A stretch of 64,000 bases of DNA, taken from positions 768,001 through 832,000 of the forward strand of contig CAXXVS010000003.1 in assembly GCA_963674755.2 (NCBI GenBank), in the 5' to 3' direction. Position numbers and translations under genes: made by a program. The notes under the pieces were generated by a model. It was not told the DNA's origin, searched no databases, and saw only the letters and a list, made by a program, of their open reading frames with translations. Positions 50,896 to 60,731 of this stretch are shown here, piece after piece (position 1 is the stretch's first letter; each line of letters opens with the position of its first letter). This DNA comes from Desulfobacterales bacterium. GTDB taxonomy: Bacteria > Desulfobacterota > Desulfobacteria > Desulfobacterales > UBA5852.

Positions 50896-51079
50896 CGGTT
50901 TAGTCCTTCTATTATGCTATTACGATAGAAATCATGGGTCATGTCTGGTATCTGAAAGGAATGCTAAACACGCGTTGCACGGAGCGCAATGCATGGACAC
51001 CCCATGCCGTTTGACCCGGACCGCCTGCCATCCGACGGAAACGAAGCGCAGGCCTAATGCGGAACGAGGATATCGGAAA

Positions 51080-51571
51080 TTGAGCGGAACCGAAGGGACC
51101 CTATTCTACCGCCCGCTGAAACCGGACGAGGGCGCCGACCTGGCCGCTTTCGTTCTGAAAGTCTTTACCGAATTCGTGGCGCCCCAATACGCGAGCGAAG
51201 GCGTCGCGGAGTTTAAGAAATTTATCGCACCCGATTTCATGGCGGAGCGTCTGGCGGCCGGGAATGTCGTTTGGATGGCTGTCAGCGGGTCGAAGACCGC
51301 CGGCGTCATCGAGATGCGGGAGAACCGCCATATCGCGCTGCTCTTCGTGGATGCGTCCAACCAGCGCCAGGGCATCGCTCGGGAACTCATCCGGCGGGCG
51401 GTGGCGGTGTGCCGGGAACGGGCCCCCGACCTTCATACCATCACCGTCAATGCCTCCCCCAACGCGGTTGCCGCTTACCGCCAACTGGGCTTCCAACCGG
51501 CCGGTGAAGAACAGACCGTCAACGGAATACGGTTCATCCCCATGGCGCGGATCCTTGACGGTGGCCATTGA
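51080..51571 (+). CDS. GNAT-family acetyltransferase
   Basis: LFVD..QRQGIA, VNASPNA..YRQLGF; TTG start after GAGG. Confidence 0.8.
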   Translation: MSGTEGTLFYRPLKPDEGADLAAFVLKVFTEFVAPQYASEGVAEFKKFIAPDFMAERLAAGNVVWMAVSGSKTAGVIEMRENRHIALLFVDASNQRQGIARELIRRAVAVCRERAPDLHTITVNASPNAVAAYRQLGFQPAGEEQTVNGIRFIPMARILDGGH

Positions 51572-51674
51572 CGCTCTAACATGCGCACAGCCTGCCCTCT
51601 GAATGCCCCGGTCCAGCCGGGAAGGGCGGCTGGAGGCGGTTTCTATTACACCGACAGGCAAGGGAGCTGATGCC

Positions 51675-52571
51675 ATGTTCGAAGGCTTCGAAATACTGGA
51701 TATCGATACCGGCGGGGCCCGCATCCACGGCCGGCACGGTGGCAGCGGGCCCCCCCTGCTGCTGTTGCACGGCAACCCCATGACGCACGTCACCTGGCAC
51801 AGGCTCGCGCCGGCGCTGGCCCGGCACTTTCATGTGGTGGCCACGGATCTGCGCGGCTACGGGGATTCTTCGGCGCCCCCGGCGGGCGAGAACAACATCC
51901 ATTACGCCTTTCGCGCCATGGCCGAAGATCAGGTCCAAGTGATGCGGACCCTGGGTTATGAGCGCTTTTGTGTGGCGGGCCACGACCGCGGCGCGCGGAC
52001 GGGTCATCGAATGGCGCTGGATTTTCCTGATGCCGTTGAAAAGGTGGCCCTGATCGACATTCTGCCGAATCACTACATCTGGAACCATGTCAGCCGCGAA
52101 TGGGCCCGAAGCTCCTGGCACTGGGTCTTCATGGCCCAGCCCGAGGGCTTTCCGGAGCGCATGATGGGTTCGGTCCCGGCCGAGTGGTTCATGACCCACA
52201 AGCTGTCCAAGCCGGGCATCGGGCTGGATTTCATGGACCCGGCCGCCTTTGCCGAATATGTGCGCTGCTTCAACGAAAAGACCATCCGCGGCTCCTGCGC
52301 CGACTACCGGGCCTGCATTACCTGCGATCTCGAGATGGACACCGCCGATTTCGAGGCCGGCCACAAGGTCGAAGCGCCTGCCCTGGTGATCTGGGGCACC
52401 AAGAGCCATACCGGCAGGGTCTATGGGGATGTCCAGGAGGTATGGCGCCGCTATGCCCGCCAGGTGGAGGGGGGGCCGATCGACTGCGGACACTACGTCC
52501 AGGAGGAGGCGCCCCGGGAAACGCTGCAATGGTTATTGAAATTTTTCCGTAACGCAACGGACATTGATTGA
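51675..52571 (+). CDS. Alpha/beta hydrolase, haloacetate (fluoroacetate) dehalogenase-like
   Basis: LLHG, DLRGYG, GHDRGAR, WHW, DYRA, GHYVQEE. Confidence 0.8.
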   Translation: MFEGFEILDIDTGGARIHGRHGGSGPPLLLLHGNPMTHVTWHRLAPALARHFHVVATDLRGYGDSSAPPAGENNIHYAFRAMAEDQVQVMRTLGYERFCVAGHDRGARTGHRMALDFPDAVEKVALIDILPNHYIWNHVSREWARSSWHWVFMAQPEGFPERMMGSVPAEWFMTHKLSKPGIGLDFMDPAAFAEYVRCFNEKTIRGSCADYRACITCDLEMDTADFEAGHKVEAPALVIWGTKSHTGRVYGDVQEVWRRYARQVEGGPIDCGHYVQEEAPRETLQWLLKFFRNATDID

Positions 52572-52596
52572 TAAGATTGCATGATCGGAGGCAACC

Positions 52597-52863
52597 ATGG
52601 CCGTAGGCTGGTCCCGCGACGGGGACGTGCAGGAACAGATCGATGCCAGCGTTCAGGATGCCGTCGCGCAGGCCCGGCGCCGGATGCCGGCCGGCGAGAG
52701 CCGGACCCATTGCGAGATGTGCGACGAACCCATCCCGGAGGCCCGGCGCAAGGCCGTCCCGGGGGTGCGCCTGTGCGTCGATTGCCAAGCGGAGCTGGAA
52801 AAGCAGCAGACGGCCCAAACGCTCTACAACCGGCGGGGCAGCAAGGACAGCCAGCTCAAATAA
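52597..52863 (+). CDS. DksA/TraR C4 zinc-finger protein (YbiI-like)
   Basis: MAVGW, CEMC..IPEARR..CVDC, NRRGSKDSQLK. Confidence 0.9.
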   Translation: MAVGWSRDGDVQEQIDASVQDAVAQARRRMPAGESRTHCEMCDEPIPEARRKAVPGVRLCVDCQAELEKQQTAQTLYNRRGSKDSQLK

Positions 52864-52899
52864 GAATCGGCGCGGACAACAGCATTCGAGCGGGGGGCG

Positions 52900-53169
52900 T
52901 CAGGGCTGCGAAAGAACCTGTTTCATTTTGGCGTATTCCGCCGTGGAGATTTCTCCCCGCGCCAGGCGCCGCTTCAGGATGGTCAGGGAATCGTCGCGAT
53001 CCCGGGATGCGCTGACGGCCTGGTTGGTCCCGGGCCGGAAGAGCCGCACGACGATATAAACCAGCAGCACGATCACCAGGCCCCACAGCAGCAAACCCCA
53101 CAAATGCCCCGGGAAGAATCCTCCCCGCCATCCGCCGGCCCATGGCCCGAAATTACAGCTCCACATCAA
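52900..53169 (-). CDS. SHOCT-domain small membrane protein
   Basis: One TM; ILKRRLARGEISTAEY. Confidence 0.8.
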   Translation of the reverse strand: MMWSCNFGPWAGGWRGGFFPGHLWGLLLWGLVIVLLVYIVVRLFRPGTNQAVSASRDRDDSLTILKRRLARGEISTAEYAKMKQVLSQP

Positions 53170-53520
53170 TGTTTCTCCCTTTTTCGTTTAAGGCCGCGCA
53201 GGCCGATCGAGGGTACCGGCGGTTTCGCCTCGAGGGCTGGTGCCGTTGGATCATCGACCGCCTACAATGGCGGAAAACCCGCCTGCTTGTGTTCCTTGGT
53301 TTCCAATTTGCATGCCAATACCATGGACCCATGGGTCAACCAATTGTATTTGCGGGGATTATATCGACCAGCGGCGTGTCGGCGGTTGGCGCCAGTGGTG
53401 AGGTGTATCGCAAGATGGGGCGATATTACCCGTTTTTGACGGGCTGAATGCCGCAAAGTGTTTACAAAATACCCAACCATGGGCATGTTGGTGCAAGACA
53501 GGTGAATTCCCGGGGGGATT

Positions 53521-55353
53521 ATGACGTCAAATCGATCACGCGGCCGCTGGCGCCTGCACACCTCGCCCTGGATCGTCATCGGATCGGTGGGGATCCTGCT
53601 GGTGGCGGTGGTGGTGCTGGCCTTCCAGAATTACAGCCGTGAAAAAACCTACATGTCCCGCATCCTGAGCGAAAAGGGGGCCGCGATCATCAAGGCCATG
53701 GAGGCCGGCGCCCGGACCGGGATGATGGGCATGGGGTGGGGCGGGCGGCAGGTGCAGACCCTGATCCAGGAGACCGCCCTGCTGCCGGATGTCCTCTACA
53801 TCCGCATCACCGACCGCGACGGGCGGGTGGTGGCCAGCAGCGACCGGGAAGACATTGGCAAAGACCTGGCCGGCGACCGCCTGGCCGGCAATATTGACCC
53901 GTCCGGGAAAACCCAGTGGCGCGTCATCGATATCGGCCAGGGGCGGCGGGCCTTTGAAGTCTACCGGGTTTTTCGGCCGCTCCGGGGCGGCCGGATGGGC
54001 GCGGGCATGGGCCAGATGATGCGCCGGCACGGCATGATGATGGGGGCCGACAGCGATCGGCTGTTCCCGGGGGACGCTGCCGATACAGAGCAGATCATCC
54101 GGGTGGGCCTGGATCCCGCCCCCTTCGAGGAAGGGCGCAAAGAGGACATTCGCAACACGGTCCTCATTTCCGGCATCCTGATCGTGCTGGGGATGGCCGG
54201 TTTCATCTCCATGTTCTGGATGCAAAGCTACCGATCGGCCAAGCAATCGCTGCAGGACACCAGCGCCGTCAAGGACCAAGTCGTGTCGAGCCTGCCGGTG
54301 GGCCTGATCGCAACGGACAAGGACGGCCGGATCGCGTTTTACAACCGCGCGGCCGAGCGCATCACGGGCCTCGACCTGGCTGCGGCCCAGGGGGAGGCTG
54401 CCGATCGGATTCTGCCGCATCATTTCTGTGGACTGAAGGATGCCCTGGACCGGGGCGAGACGATTTCCGAAAAGGAAACGGAGTGCGCCTTTACCGGGGA
54501 TCGGGTGGTCCCCGTCAGCATCAGCGCTTCCCAGATCATCAACGCGGATGGCGTCTTTGTGGGCCAGGTCCTGATCATCCGGGACCTCGGCGAGGTTCGC
54601 CGGCTGCAGGACGAAATCCACCGCAAGGAGAAGCTGGCGGCCATCGGCGGGCTGGCCGCCGGGGTGGCCCACGAAATACGCAATCCCCTGAGTTCCATCA
54701 AGGGCATCGCCTCCTATTACAAGGACAAATTTGCGGACGGCAGCGAGGATTACGAGATGGCCGGGGTCATGATCGAAGAGGTGGATCGTCTGAGCCGGGT
54801 CATCAGCGAGCTGCTGGAGTTTGCCCGGCCGACCAAGCTCAGTTGGCGGACGGCGAACATCAACGATCTGCTGGCGCATTCGACCCGGCTGGTACAGCAG
54901 GAGGCCACGGCTCAAAACGTCCAGATCGGGCTGCATCCCGCCCCCGGGGACCTGGCGGCGGAGGTCGACCCGGATCGGCTGACCCAGTGCCTCCTGAATC
55001 TGTACCTGAACGCCCTGCAGGCCATGGGCGACGGCGGTCAATTGACGGTTGCCGGCACCCGGCAGGGAGAAGATGCCGTGGCCATCACGATCACGGATAC
55101 CGGAACAGGCATTGCCGCCGACGACCTGACGGCCATCTTCGATCCTTATTTCACCACCAAACCCCAGGGCACCGGTTTGGGGCTGGCGATCGTCCACAAG
55201 GTGATCGAGGCCCACCAGGGCCAGATCAAGGTGCGCAGCATCCCGGGGGAAGGCACCACGTTCACCGTCGTCCTGCCCCTTAATAGTGCCCATCCGGAAA
55301 TGGCATCTTTTAGCCCCGGCCGGCGTTCTCGCTCTTTGGAATCCTCGCCGTAG
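53521..55353 (+). CDS. ZraS/HydH-like sensor histidine kinase
   Basis: Two TM, GARTGM, Met/Gly-rich periplasmic loop, PAS, AHEIRNPLSSIKG. Confidence 0.85.
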   Translation: MTSNRSRGRWRLHTSPWIVIGSVGILLVAVVVLAFQNYSREKTYMSRILSEKGAAIIKAMEAGARTGMMGMGWGGRQVQTLIQETALLPDVLYIRITDRDGRVVASSDREDIGKDLAGDRLAGNIDPSGKTQWRVIDIGQGRRAFEVYRVFRPLRGGRMGAGMGQMMRRHGMMMGADSDRLFPGDAADTEQIIRVGLDPAPFEEGRKEDIRNTVLISGILIVLGMAGFISMFWMQSYRSAKQSLQDTSAVKDQVVSSLPVGLIATDKDGRIAFYNRAAERITGLDLAAAQGEAADRILPHHFCGLKDALDRGETISEKETECAFTGDRVVPVSISASQIINADGVFVGQVLIIRDLGEVRRLQDEIHRKEKLAAIGGLAAGVAHEIRNPLSSIKGIASYYKDKFADGSEDYEMAGVMIEEVDRLSRVISELLEFARPTKLSWRTANINDLLAHSTRLVQQEATAQNVQIGLHPAPGDLAAEVDPDRLTQCLLNLYLNALQAMGDGGQLTVAGTRQGEDAVAITITDTGTGIAADDLTAIFDPYFTTKPQGTGLGLAIVHKVIEAHQGQIKVRSIPGEGTTFTVVLPLNSAHPEMASFSPGRRSRSLESSP

Positions 55354-55428
55354 CCCCGCTACGCCTCCGGTTCCCAAATCACTGCGGCCTTGGCCGGAAC
55401 CAAAACCTACCATTTCTGGACGGGCACT
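55285..55428. mobile_element. 144-bp MITE overlapping the kinase 3' end
   Basis: TIRs AGTGCCCATCCGGAAATGG / CCATTTCTGGACGGGCACT (17/19); internal hairpin cgtag-ccccg-ctacg. Confidence 0.7.
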
Positions 55429-55450
55429 CATTATGCGAAATGAGGTTGTG

Positions 55451-56824
55451 ATGCCAAACGCAAATCCGGCCCCCATCCTGATCGTCGATGACGATCCGAA
55501 CCATCTCAAAACCCTGCAGACCATTATCAGGAGCTGGGGCTATCGGGTCTCCGCGGCGGATGACGGCGCCCGGGCCGTGGCGCGCGTCAAGGAGACCCCC
55601 TTCGCCCTGATCCTGATGGATGTCCGCATGGCGCAGATGAGCGGGATCGAAGCCCTGCGGCAGATCAAAGCCTACAACCCGTCCATTCCGATCCTCATCA
55701 TGACGGCCTATTCGTCGGTGGATTCGGCGGTGGAGGCCCTCAAGGCCGGTGCTTACGATTACCTGACCAAACCGCTGGATTTCGAAGTCCTCAAGCTCGG
55801 CCTGGCGCGGGCCCTGGAGCACTCCGGGCTGAAATCGGAAAATGCGGTTCTGAAGTCCAAGTTGAGCGCCGATTACGAAATGGCGCACATCATCGGCAAG
55901 AGCCGGCCCATGAAGGAATTGGTGGACATGCTGGCCATGGTCGCCCCTTCGGAGGCCACCGTGCTGATCACGGGCCCCAGCGGCACGGGCAAGGAGCTCA
56001 TCGCCAAATCGATTCATCACAACAGCGGGCGCAAAGACAAGCCCCTGGTGGTGGTCAATTGTGCGGCCCTTACCGAAACGCTCCTGGAGTCCGAGCTCTT
56101 CGGCCATGAAAAGGGTGCCTTTACCGGCGCCGACAAACGGCGCGAAGGGCGTTTCATGCAGGCCAACCAGGGCACCATCTTCCTGGACGAGATCGGCGAA
56201 ACATCCGCGGCCATGCAGGCCAAACTGCTGCGGGTGATCCAGGAGCGGGAAATTCAGCGGGTGGGCGGGGAAGAGACGTTGGATGTGGACGTGCGCATTC
56301 TGGCGGCCACGAACCGCAACCTGGAGGAGGAAGTCCGGCAAGGCCGCTTTCGCGAGGACCTTTACTACCGCCTGAACGTCGTGACCTTGCGCATCCCGCC
56401 GCTTTGCGAACGCCTGGACGACATCCCGCTGCTGGCCCAGCATTTCATGGAACGCTATGCCCGCAAAAACCGCAAGCCGGTCAAGGGCATCTCACCGCTG
56501 GCCATGGACATGCTCCTCAAATATGCCTGGCCCGGCAATGTCCGGGAGCTCGAGAACACCATCGAGCGGGCCGTGATCCTCCTGCCGGGCGAGCATATTA
56601 CCGAAAAAGAGCTGCCCCCCACCATCACCAAGACTTATACGGATAGCTGTGCAGCGCCGGCGTCGTCCGCCGCCCCGGCCAACCGCCCCCTGGAGGAGAT
56701 CGAAAAAGAGGCTATTTTAGCCACCCTCGAAGACAGCGGCGGCAATAAAAGCGAGACCGCCCGCCGGCTGGGCATCAACCGCAAGACTCTGCACAAGAAA
56801 TTGAAAGATTACGGCATCGATTGA
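55451..56824 (+). CDS. ZraR/HydG-like sigma-54 response regulator
   Basis: REC, GPSGTGKE, GAFTGA, Fis HTH. Confidence 0.9.
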   Translation: MPNANPAPILIVDDDPNHLKTLQTIIRSWGYRVSAADDGARAVARVKETPFALILMDVRMAQMSGIEALRQIKAYNPSIPILIMTAYSSVDSAVEALKAGAYDYLTKPLDFEVLKLGLARALEHSGLKSENAVLKSKLSADYEMAHIIGKSRPMKELVDMLAMVAPSEATVLITGPSGTGKELIAKSIHHNSGRKDKPLVVVNCAALTETLLESELFGHEKGAFTGADKRREGRFMQANQGTIFLDEIGETSAAMQAKLLRVIQEREIQRVGGEETLDVDVRILAATNRNLEEEVRQGRFREDLYYRLNVVTLRIPPLCERLDDIPLLAQHFMERYARKNRKPVKGISPLAMDMLLKYAWPGNVRELENTIERAVILLPGEHITEKELPPTITKTYTDSCAAPASSAAPANRPLEEIEKEAILATLEDSGGNKSETARRLGINRKTLHKKLKDYGID

Positions 56825-57038
56825 GTCCGGTCGCCGCCCGGGGCGTTCGCGCCGGACCCTTCGGTCGGAGTTGTCCCGATTGGCCCCACCTTAAACCTAT
56901 CCCACGGCGCATGTGGGTAATTTGACCCCATATTGCCTTCCCTGCATCCGACCTGCAGTTGCCGGCATCACTCCAACGAATATAAATATTCCATAAATAA
57001 TAACCAGTTATATTCATATGGCGATCATTCGCGGGTTT

Positions 57039-57054
57039 TGGCATCCTCCTTGCT
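57039..57054 (+). promoter_or_regulatory. Sigma-54 promoter of the zraP-like gene
   Basis: TGGCATCCTCCTTGCT, preceded by an AT-rich tract. Confidence 0.8.
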
Positions 57055-57134
57055 TTGTCTCAGGGCCAGGACAGGCGATTTTTCCGAAAACATCAATCAC
57101 CCGCTTTCAAAAAGACATGCAAGGAGGCAACACA

Positions 57135-57668
57135 ATGAAACGCAACATCAATATCACCATGACACTGACTGTTCTGGCTGTTTTCGGGCTGGCGACCCTC
57201 GCCGTGGCCGGTTGGGGACGAGGCTACGGCCATATGGGAGGTTACGGCTACGGTCCGATGGGCGGGCCCGGAATGATGGGGCCCGGTTGGCAGCGGGGCG
57301 GATGCTACTATGGCAATCTCTCTCCCGAAGAGGGCGCCGCCCTGGAGAAGGAGCGCGCGGCCTTTTTCGAAGCCACCGAGGGCCTGCGGCAGCAGCTTTA
57401 TGAAAAGAATCAGGCCCTGCAAAGCGAACTGGCCAAGAAAAACCCCGATAGCGGTGCGGCGTCCAAGCTGCAGGGTGAGATTTCCACGCTGCGCAGCGAG
57501 CTGGACCAGAAGCGTCTGGATTTTCAACTCCAGGCCCGCAAAATCGTGCCCAACTTTAGTCCGAACAATGGCGGCTACGGCCCCATGATGGGCTACGGCC
57601 CGCGCGGCGGCGGTTACGGTACGATGATGGGTTACGGTCCCCGCGGCGGAGGCAACTGCTGGCAGTAA
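57135..57668 (+). CDS. ZraP/Spy-CpxP-like periplasmic protein
   Basis: Signal peptide, Gly/Met-rich ends, helical core LRQQLYEK..L..ELAKKNPD; AAGGAGG RBS. Confidence 0.8.
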   Translation: MKRNINITMTLTVLAVFGLATLAVAGWGRGYGHMGGYGYGPMGGPGMMGPGWQRGGCYYGNLSPEEGAALEKERAAFFEATEGLRQQLYEKNQALQSELAKKNPDSGAASKLQGEISTLRSELDQKRLDFQLQARKIVPNFSPNNGGYGPMMGYGPRGGGYGTMMGYGPRGGGNCWQ

Positions 57669-57694
57669 GGCCGGTTGCCGGTCGAAGCAGGGAA

Positions 57695-57727
57695 ACCCGG
57701 GGCGTTTCGAGCCGCCCCGGGTCGTTT
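57695..57727 (+). terminator. Intrinsic terminator-like hairpin
   Basis: ACCCGGGGCG/CGCCCCGGGT 10-bp stem followed by a short T-rich stretch. Confidence 0.55.
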
Positions 57728-57850
57728 ATAAAAGGGTGTGTTTTCATACGGGGCGACAAGACCAGGAGAGCCAGATGAAAAGGGGAAGCAGGGCAACAGC
57801 GGCGATGGTGCCAATCCTGCGCCTGGCGGCGAGCGGACGGCGCGCCGACC

Positions 57851-58564
57851 TCAGGTGTTCAGCCGCTCGTCGATGGTCTTCATTTTTTGTTCGAGGGGAT
57901 CGAGTTCTTTTTCCTGGCCGGATCCTTCCAGACCTTTCCGCAGCTCCTCGATTTTTTCCCTTATAAGCGGCAAAATCTCGTTATCGAGCCGCTCTTTCAT
58001 TGCACTGCTCATGTTGCCCAGGTCCGCGATGATGGCATCCAGCTGCCGGGCCAGTTCCTTGACCTGCTCGTTTGCGGGAATGCCCTGCAGTTCGTTCAAA
58101 AAGGCATTGATTCCGGATTCCAGCGTCGCGATGTTTTCGCCGAGCTGGCGGGCAAACTGTTCATAGAGGACCGCATAGCGGGTTTGGCCGTCCACCACGG
58201 CATCCTCGGCGATGGGCTGGCCGCCCGGCTTGAGCTGCACCACCCGGATCACCTTGCGGTCAGCCTGGTGCGGATCGGTATCGATATAAAACCGGCTGGC
58301 ATCGGTGGCCGCCGCGGCGAACGGCTTCCGGATGGCGACGCTGACCAGGAAAATCCCGGCATCCGTGTATTGGATTTCCCGGACCTCTCCGATAACGGCA
58401 TCATCGAAATAAACGGCAGCGCCCTTGCGCAGGCCCTGGACATGGTCGAAGCGAATCTGGAAATCATGGGTACGGCTGAAACAGCCGACCACCAGCAGTG
58501 CCGCCAGGGTCGTCAGACCCCATGATCTTATCCGCTTCGTATAATCCTCATATTGACGTTCCAT
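57851..58564 (-). CDS. MlaD/MCE-domain lipoprotein
   Basis: VVGC lipobox, IRFDHVQGLRKGAAVYF...IGEV, helical C-terminus. Confidence 0.7.
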   Translation of the reverse strand: MERQYEDYTKRIRSWGLTTLAALLVVGCFSRTHDFQIRFDHVQGLRKGAAVYFDDAVIGEVREIQYTDAGIFLVSVAIRKPFAAAATDASRFYIDTDPHQADRKVIRVVQLKPGGQPIAEDAVVDGQTRYAVLYEQFARQLGENIATLESGINAFLNELQGIPANEQVKELARQLDAIIADLGNMSSAMKERLDNEILPLIREKIEELRKGLEGSGQEKELDPLEQKMKTIDERLNT

Positions 58565-59077
58565 AGAACCGTTCCCTTTCGACAAAGCCGGTGCCGGATG
58601 GGCCTTACCGTGCCAATCGTTGCCGACAACCGGCGGCCAATATCCGCCAGCATATCATATCCCGGAGGGATGGGGTAAGGTCCTCCGATTTCATCGACCA
58701 CCGCTCCGCTGCCGGTATGCCCCCGCTGTCGCCCAAAGCATGACGGCGCCGCAGCGCAGGCCCTTCAAAATACGCTATTTACCCCATACTCAGTATCGAA
58801 TTACAACGATAAATTATGTCGCAAACCCGATTTGACGCCCCAGCGACAGCCCCCGGACCGCTGGTTTGCGGTGCGTCCGTCGGGCCGCCTCAACCCCCGG
58901 TCGCGCAGGCCGCTGTCAGGCATTAAATCCATAAACCTGCCGCACCCGCCGGCACCTGCCGAAGACGTGCCGGACAAGGCCCGGAGCGGCCAAAATGCCT
59001 AAGGGTGGATACGACCCCCGGCGGGGGGGCAACGGCTGGCCGCCGTGATGGAAATTATCTTTTCGAGGGAAGCCGGC

Positions 59078-60142
59078 GTGAATCGAGCTGTTCGCATCCC
59101 AATCGGCTGTACGGTCGCCCTGTGGCTTACCCTTCTTGGCGTTTCCGCCGCCTGTGCGGGGCCGGTCCGTACGGAGAGCGGTACGATCTCTTCCATCGCC
59201 CCCCAGGAGTCCATGGCCGTGGTGAAAATGGCCGCCCGCAGCGGACCGATGACGAAGCCCGTTTTCCCGCCGTCCCCCAGCACGGCATTGCCGGACATGC
59301 CCTGGGACCGCCGCACCCGGACGGTGGTCGGCACCCTCCGGCGCCATGTGGTCAGCGGACGGGAAACCCTTCTGGATATTGCCCGGGCGTATCATCTGGG
59401 CTTCAACGAGATGGAAGATCTCTATCCCGGGATGGATCCCTGGCTGCCGCCGGTGGGGGCGGTCTTGACCATTCCCTCCCGGTGGGTGCTGCCCGAATCG
59501 ACGCGGCCCGAAGTCGTCGTCAACGTCGCGGAGCTCAGGCTCTACCGCTTCCGGCAGGAGGCGGGCGCCACCACGGTGGAGACCTTCCCGGTGGGGATCG
59601 GCGACCTGGACTGGCCGACCCCGACGGGCCAATTCCGGATCCACACCAAGGTGAGGCATCCGGCCTGGGTCATTCCCGCATCCCTGCGCACCAAATACGG
59701 CCGCACCGTGATTCCGCCTGGGCCGGACAATCCTTTGGGAGACTACTGGATGCGGTTGGGGGGCACTTCCTACGGCATCCACGGCACCGACCTCCCGTGG
59801 TCGGTGGGCCGGCTTGTCACCCATGGCTGCATTCGTCTCTATCCGGAAGACATCGCCTATCTGTTCCATTCGCTGGTGCTGCCGGCCGGGGTGCGGCTGA
59901 TTTACGAGCCGGTGAAAATCGGCTTGGCGGACGGGCGGGTCTACGTGGAAGCCCATCGCGATGTTTACGGCCGGATTGCCGATTTCAGGGCCTATGGCTT
60001 CCAGCGCCTGGCGGCCAGCAAATGGCGCCACAGCGTGGACCACGAGGCCTTTGCAAGGGCCCTGGAGGATCGTCGCGGGCTGCCGGTGGACGTGACGGCC
60101 GGGGCCCTCGACCGGTCAGCGCGGGATCCGTCGCCGAAGTGA
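59078..60142 (+). CDS. L,D-transpeptidase (ErfK/YcfS/YnhG type) with LysM-like domain
   Basis: ETLLDIAR, PGPDNPLG, YGIHGT..THGCIRL. Confidence 0.9.
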   Translation: MNRAVRIPIGCTVALWLTLLGVSAACAGPVRTESGTISSIAPQESMAVVKMAARSGPMTKPVFPPSPSTALPDMPWDRRTRTVVGTLRRHVVSGRETLLDIARAYHLGFNEMEDLYPGMDPWLPPVGAVLTIPSRWVLPESTRPEVVVNVAELRLYRFRQEAGATTVETFPVGIGDLDWPTPTGQFRIHTKVRHPAWVIPASLRTKYGRTVIPPGPDNPLGDYWMRLGGTSYGIHGTDLPWSVGRLVTHGCIRLYPEDIAYLFHSLVLPAGVRLIYEPVKIGLADGRVYVEAHRDVYGRIADFRAYGFQRLAASKWRHSVDHEAFARALEDRRGLPVDVTAGALDRSARDPSPK

Positions 60143-60231
60143 TACGCCGGAGCGGTTTTGAAGACCATAAGCCCGCCGGACGGCCGAATGGTCGTGCTGT
60201 TTGCAACCTCAACCAAAAAGGAGGCATCAAA

Positions 60232-60552
60232 ATGAAAACCGTCGCAAGGATCAAACACCCGCTTTTTGTCTTAGGCCTGATCGTCTGTGTGGGGTGGCTG
60301 TTTACAGGCTGTGCCACAACCCAGCAGATGACCACCCTCCAGGAACAGGTGCAGGAGGCCATGACGAAGGCCGACCAGGCCCTGCAGGAGGCCGAGGCCG
60401 CCAAAGCCATGGCCGCGGAAGCGGCAAACAAGGCCGATGCCGCCGCCATGCGCGCCGAAGCGGCTGCGGACCGGGCCGATCAGGCCGCCGCCAAAGCGGA
60501 AGCGATGGCGGACAAGAGTGAAAAAGTGTTCATGAAGGGTATGAAAAAATAG
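60232..60552 (+). CDS. Lpp/OprI-like alanine-zipper lipoprotein
   Basis: LFTGC lipobox, Ala-rich coiled coil, C-terminal MKK; AGGAGG RBS. Confidence 0.85.
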   Translation: MKTVARIKHPLFVLGLIVCVGWLFTGCATTQQMTTLQEQVQEAMTKADQALQEAEAAKAMAAEAANKADAAAMRAEAAADRADQAAAKAEAMADKSEKVFMKGMKK

Positions 60553-60731
60553 GATGGAGTGCGTCGGTGCCGTTCGAAACCCACTTCGTTGATCGAAGGC
60601 CGGTGGTGCCGCTATCCTTCGACGGTGAGGTTTTGCACGGCACCGTTTTCTTGCTGCATCCAAGCGCCAGGCCAGCCATTTGCATTTGGAGCCGAATCGG
60701 CATATGGATATCTCCAGATAAGGAGGTGGCC

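Noticed and set aside
53536..55524. Long antisense ORFs (662 aa here; also 6822-8117, 47642-49162, 44546-45751)
   Set aside because: Typical high-GC antisense shadows of well-supported genes
59005..60231. Upstream 409 codons of the 515-aa ORF
   Set aside because: Off-frame shadow of the L,D-transpeptidase; the real lipoprotein starts at 60232 with RBS and signal peptide
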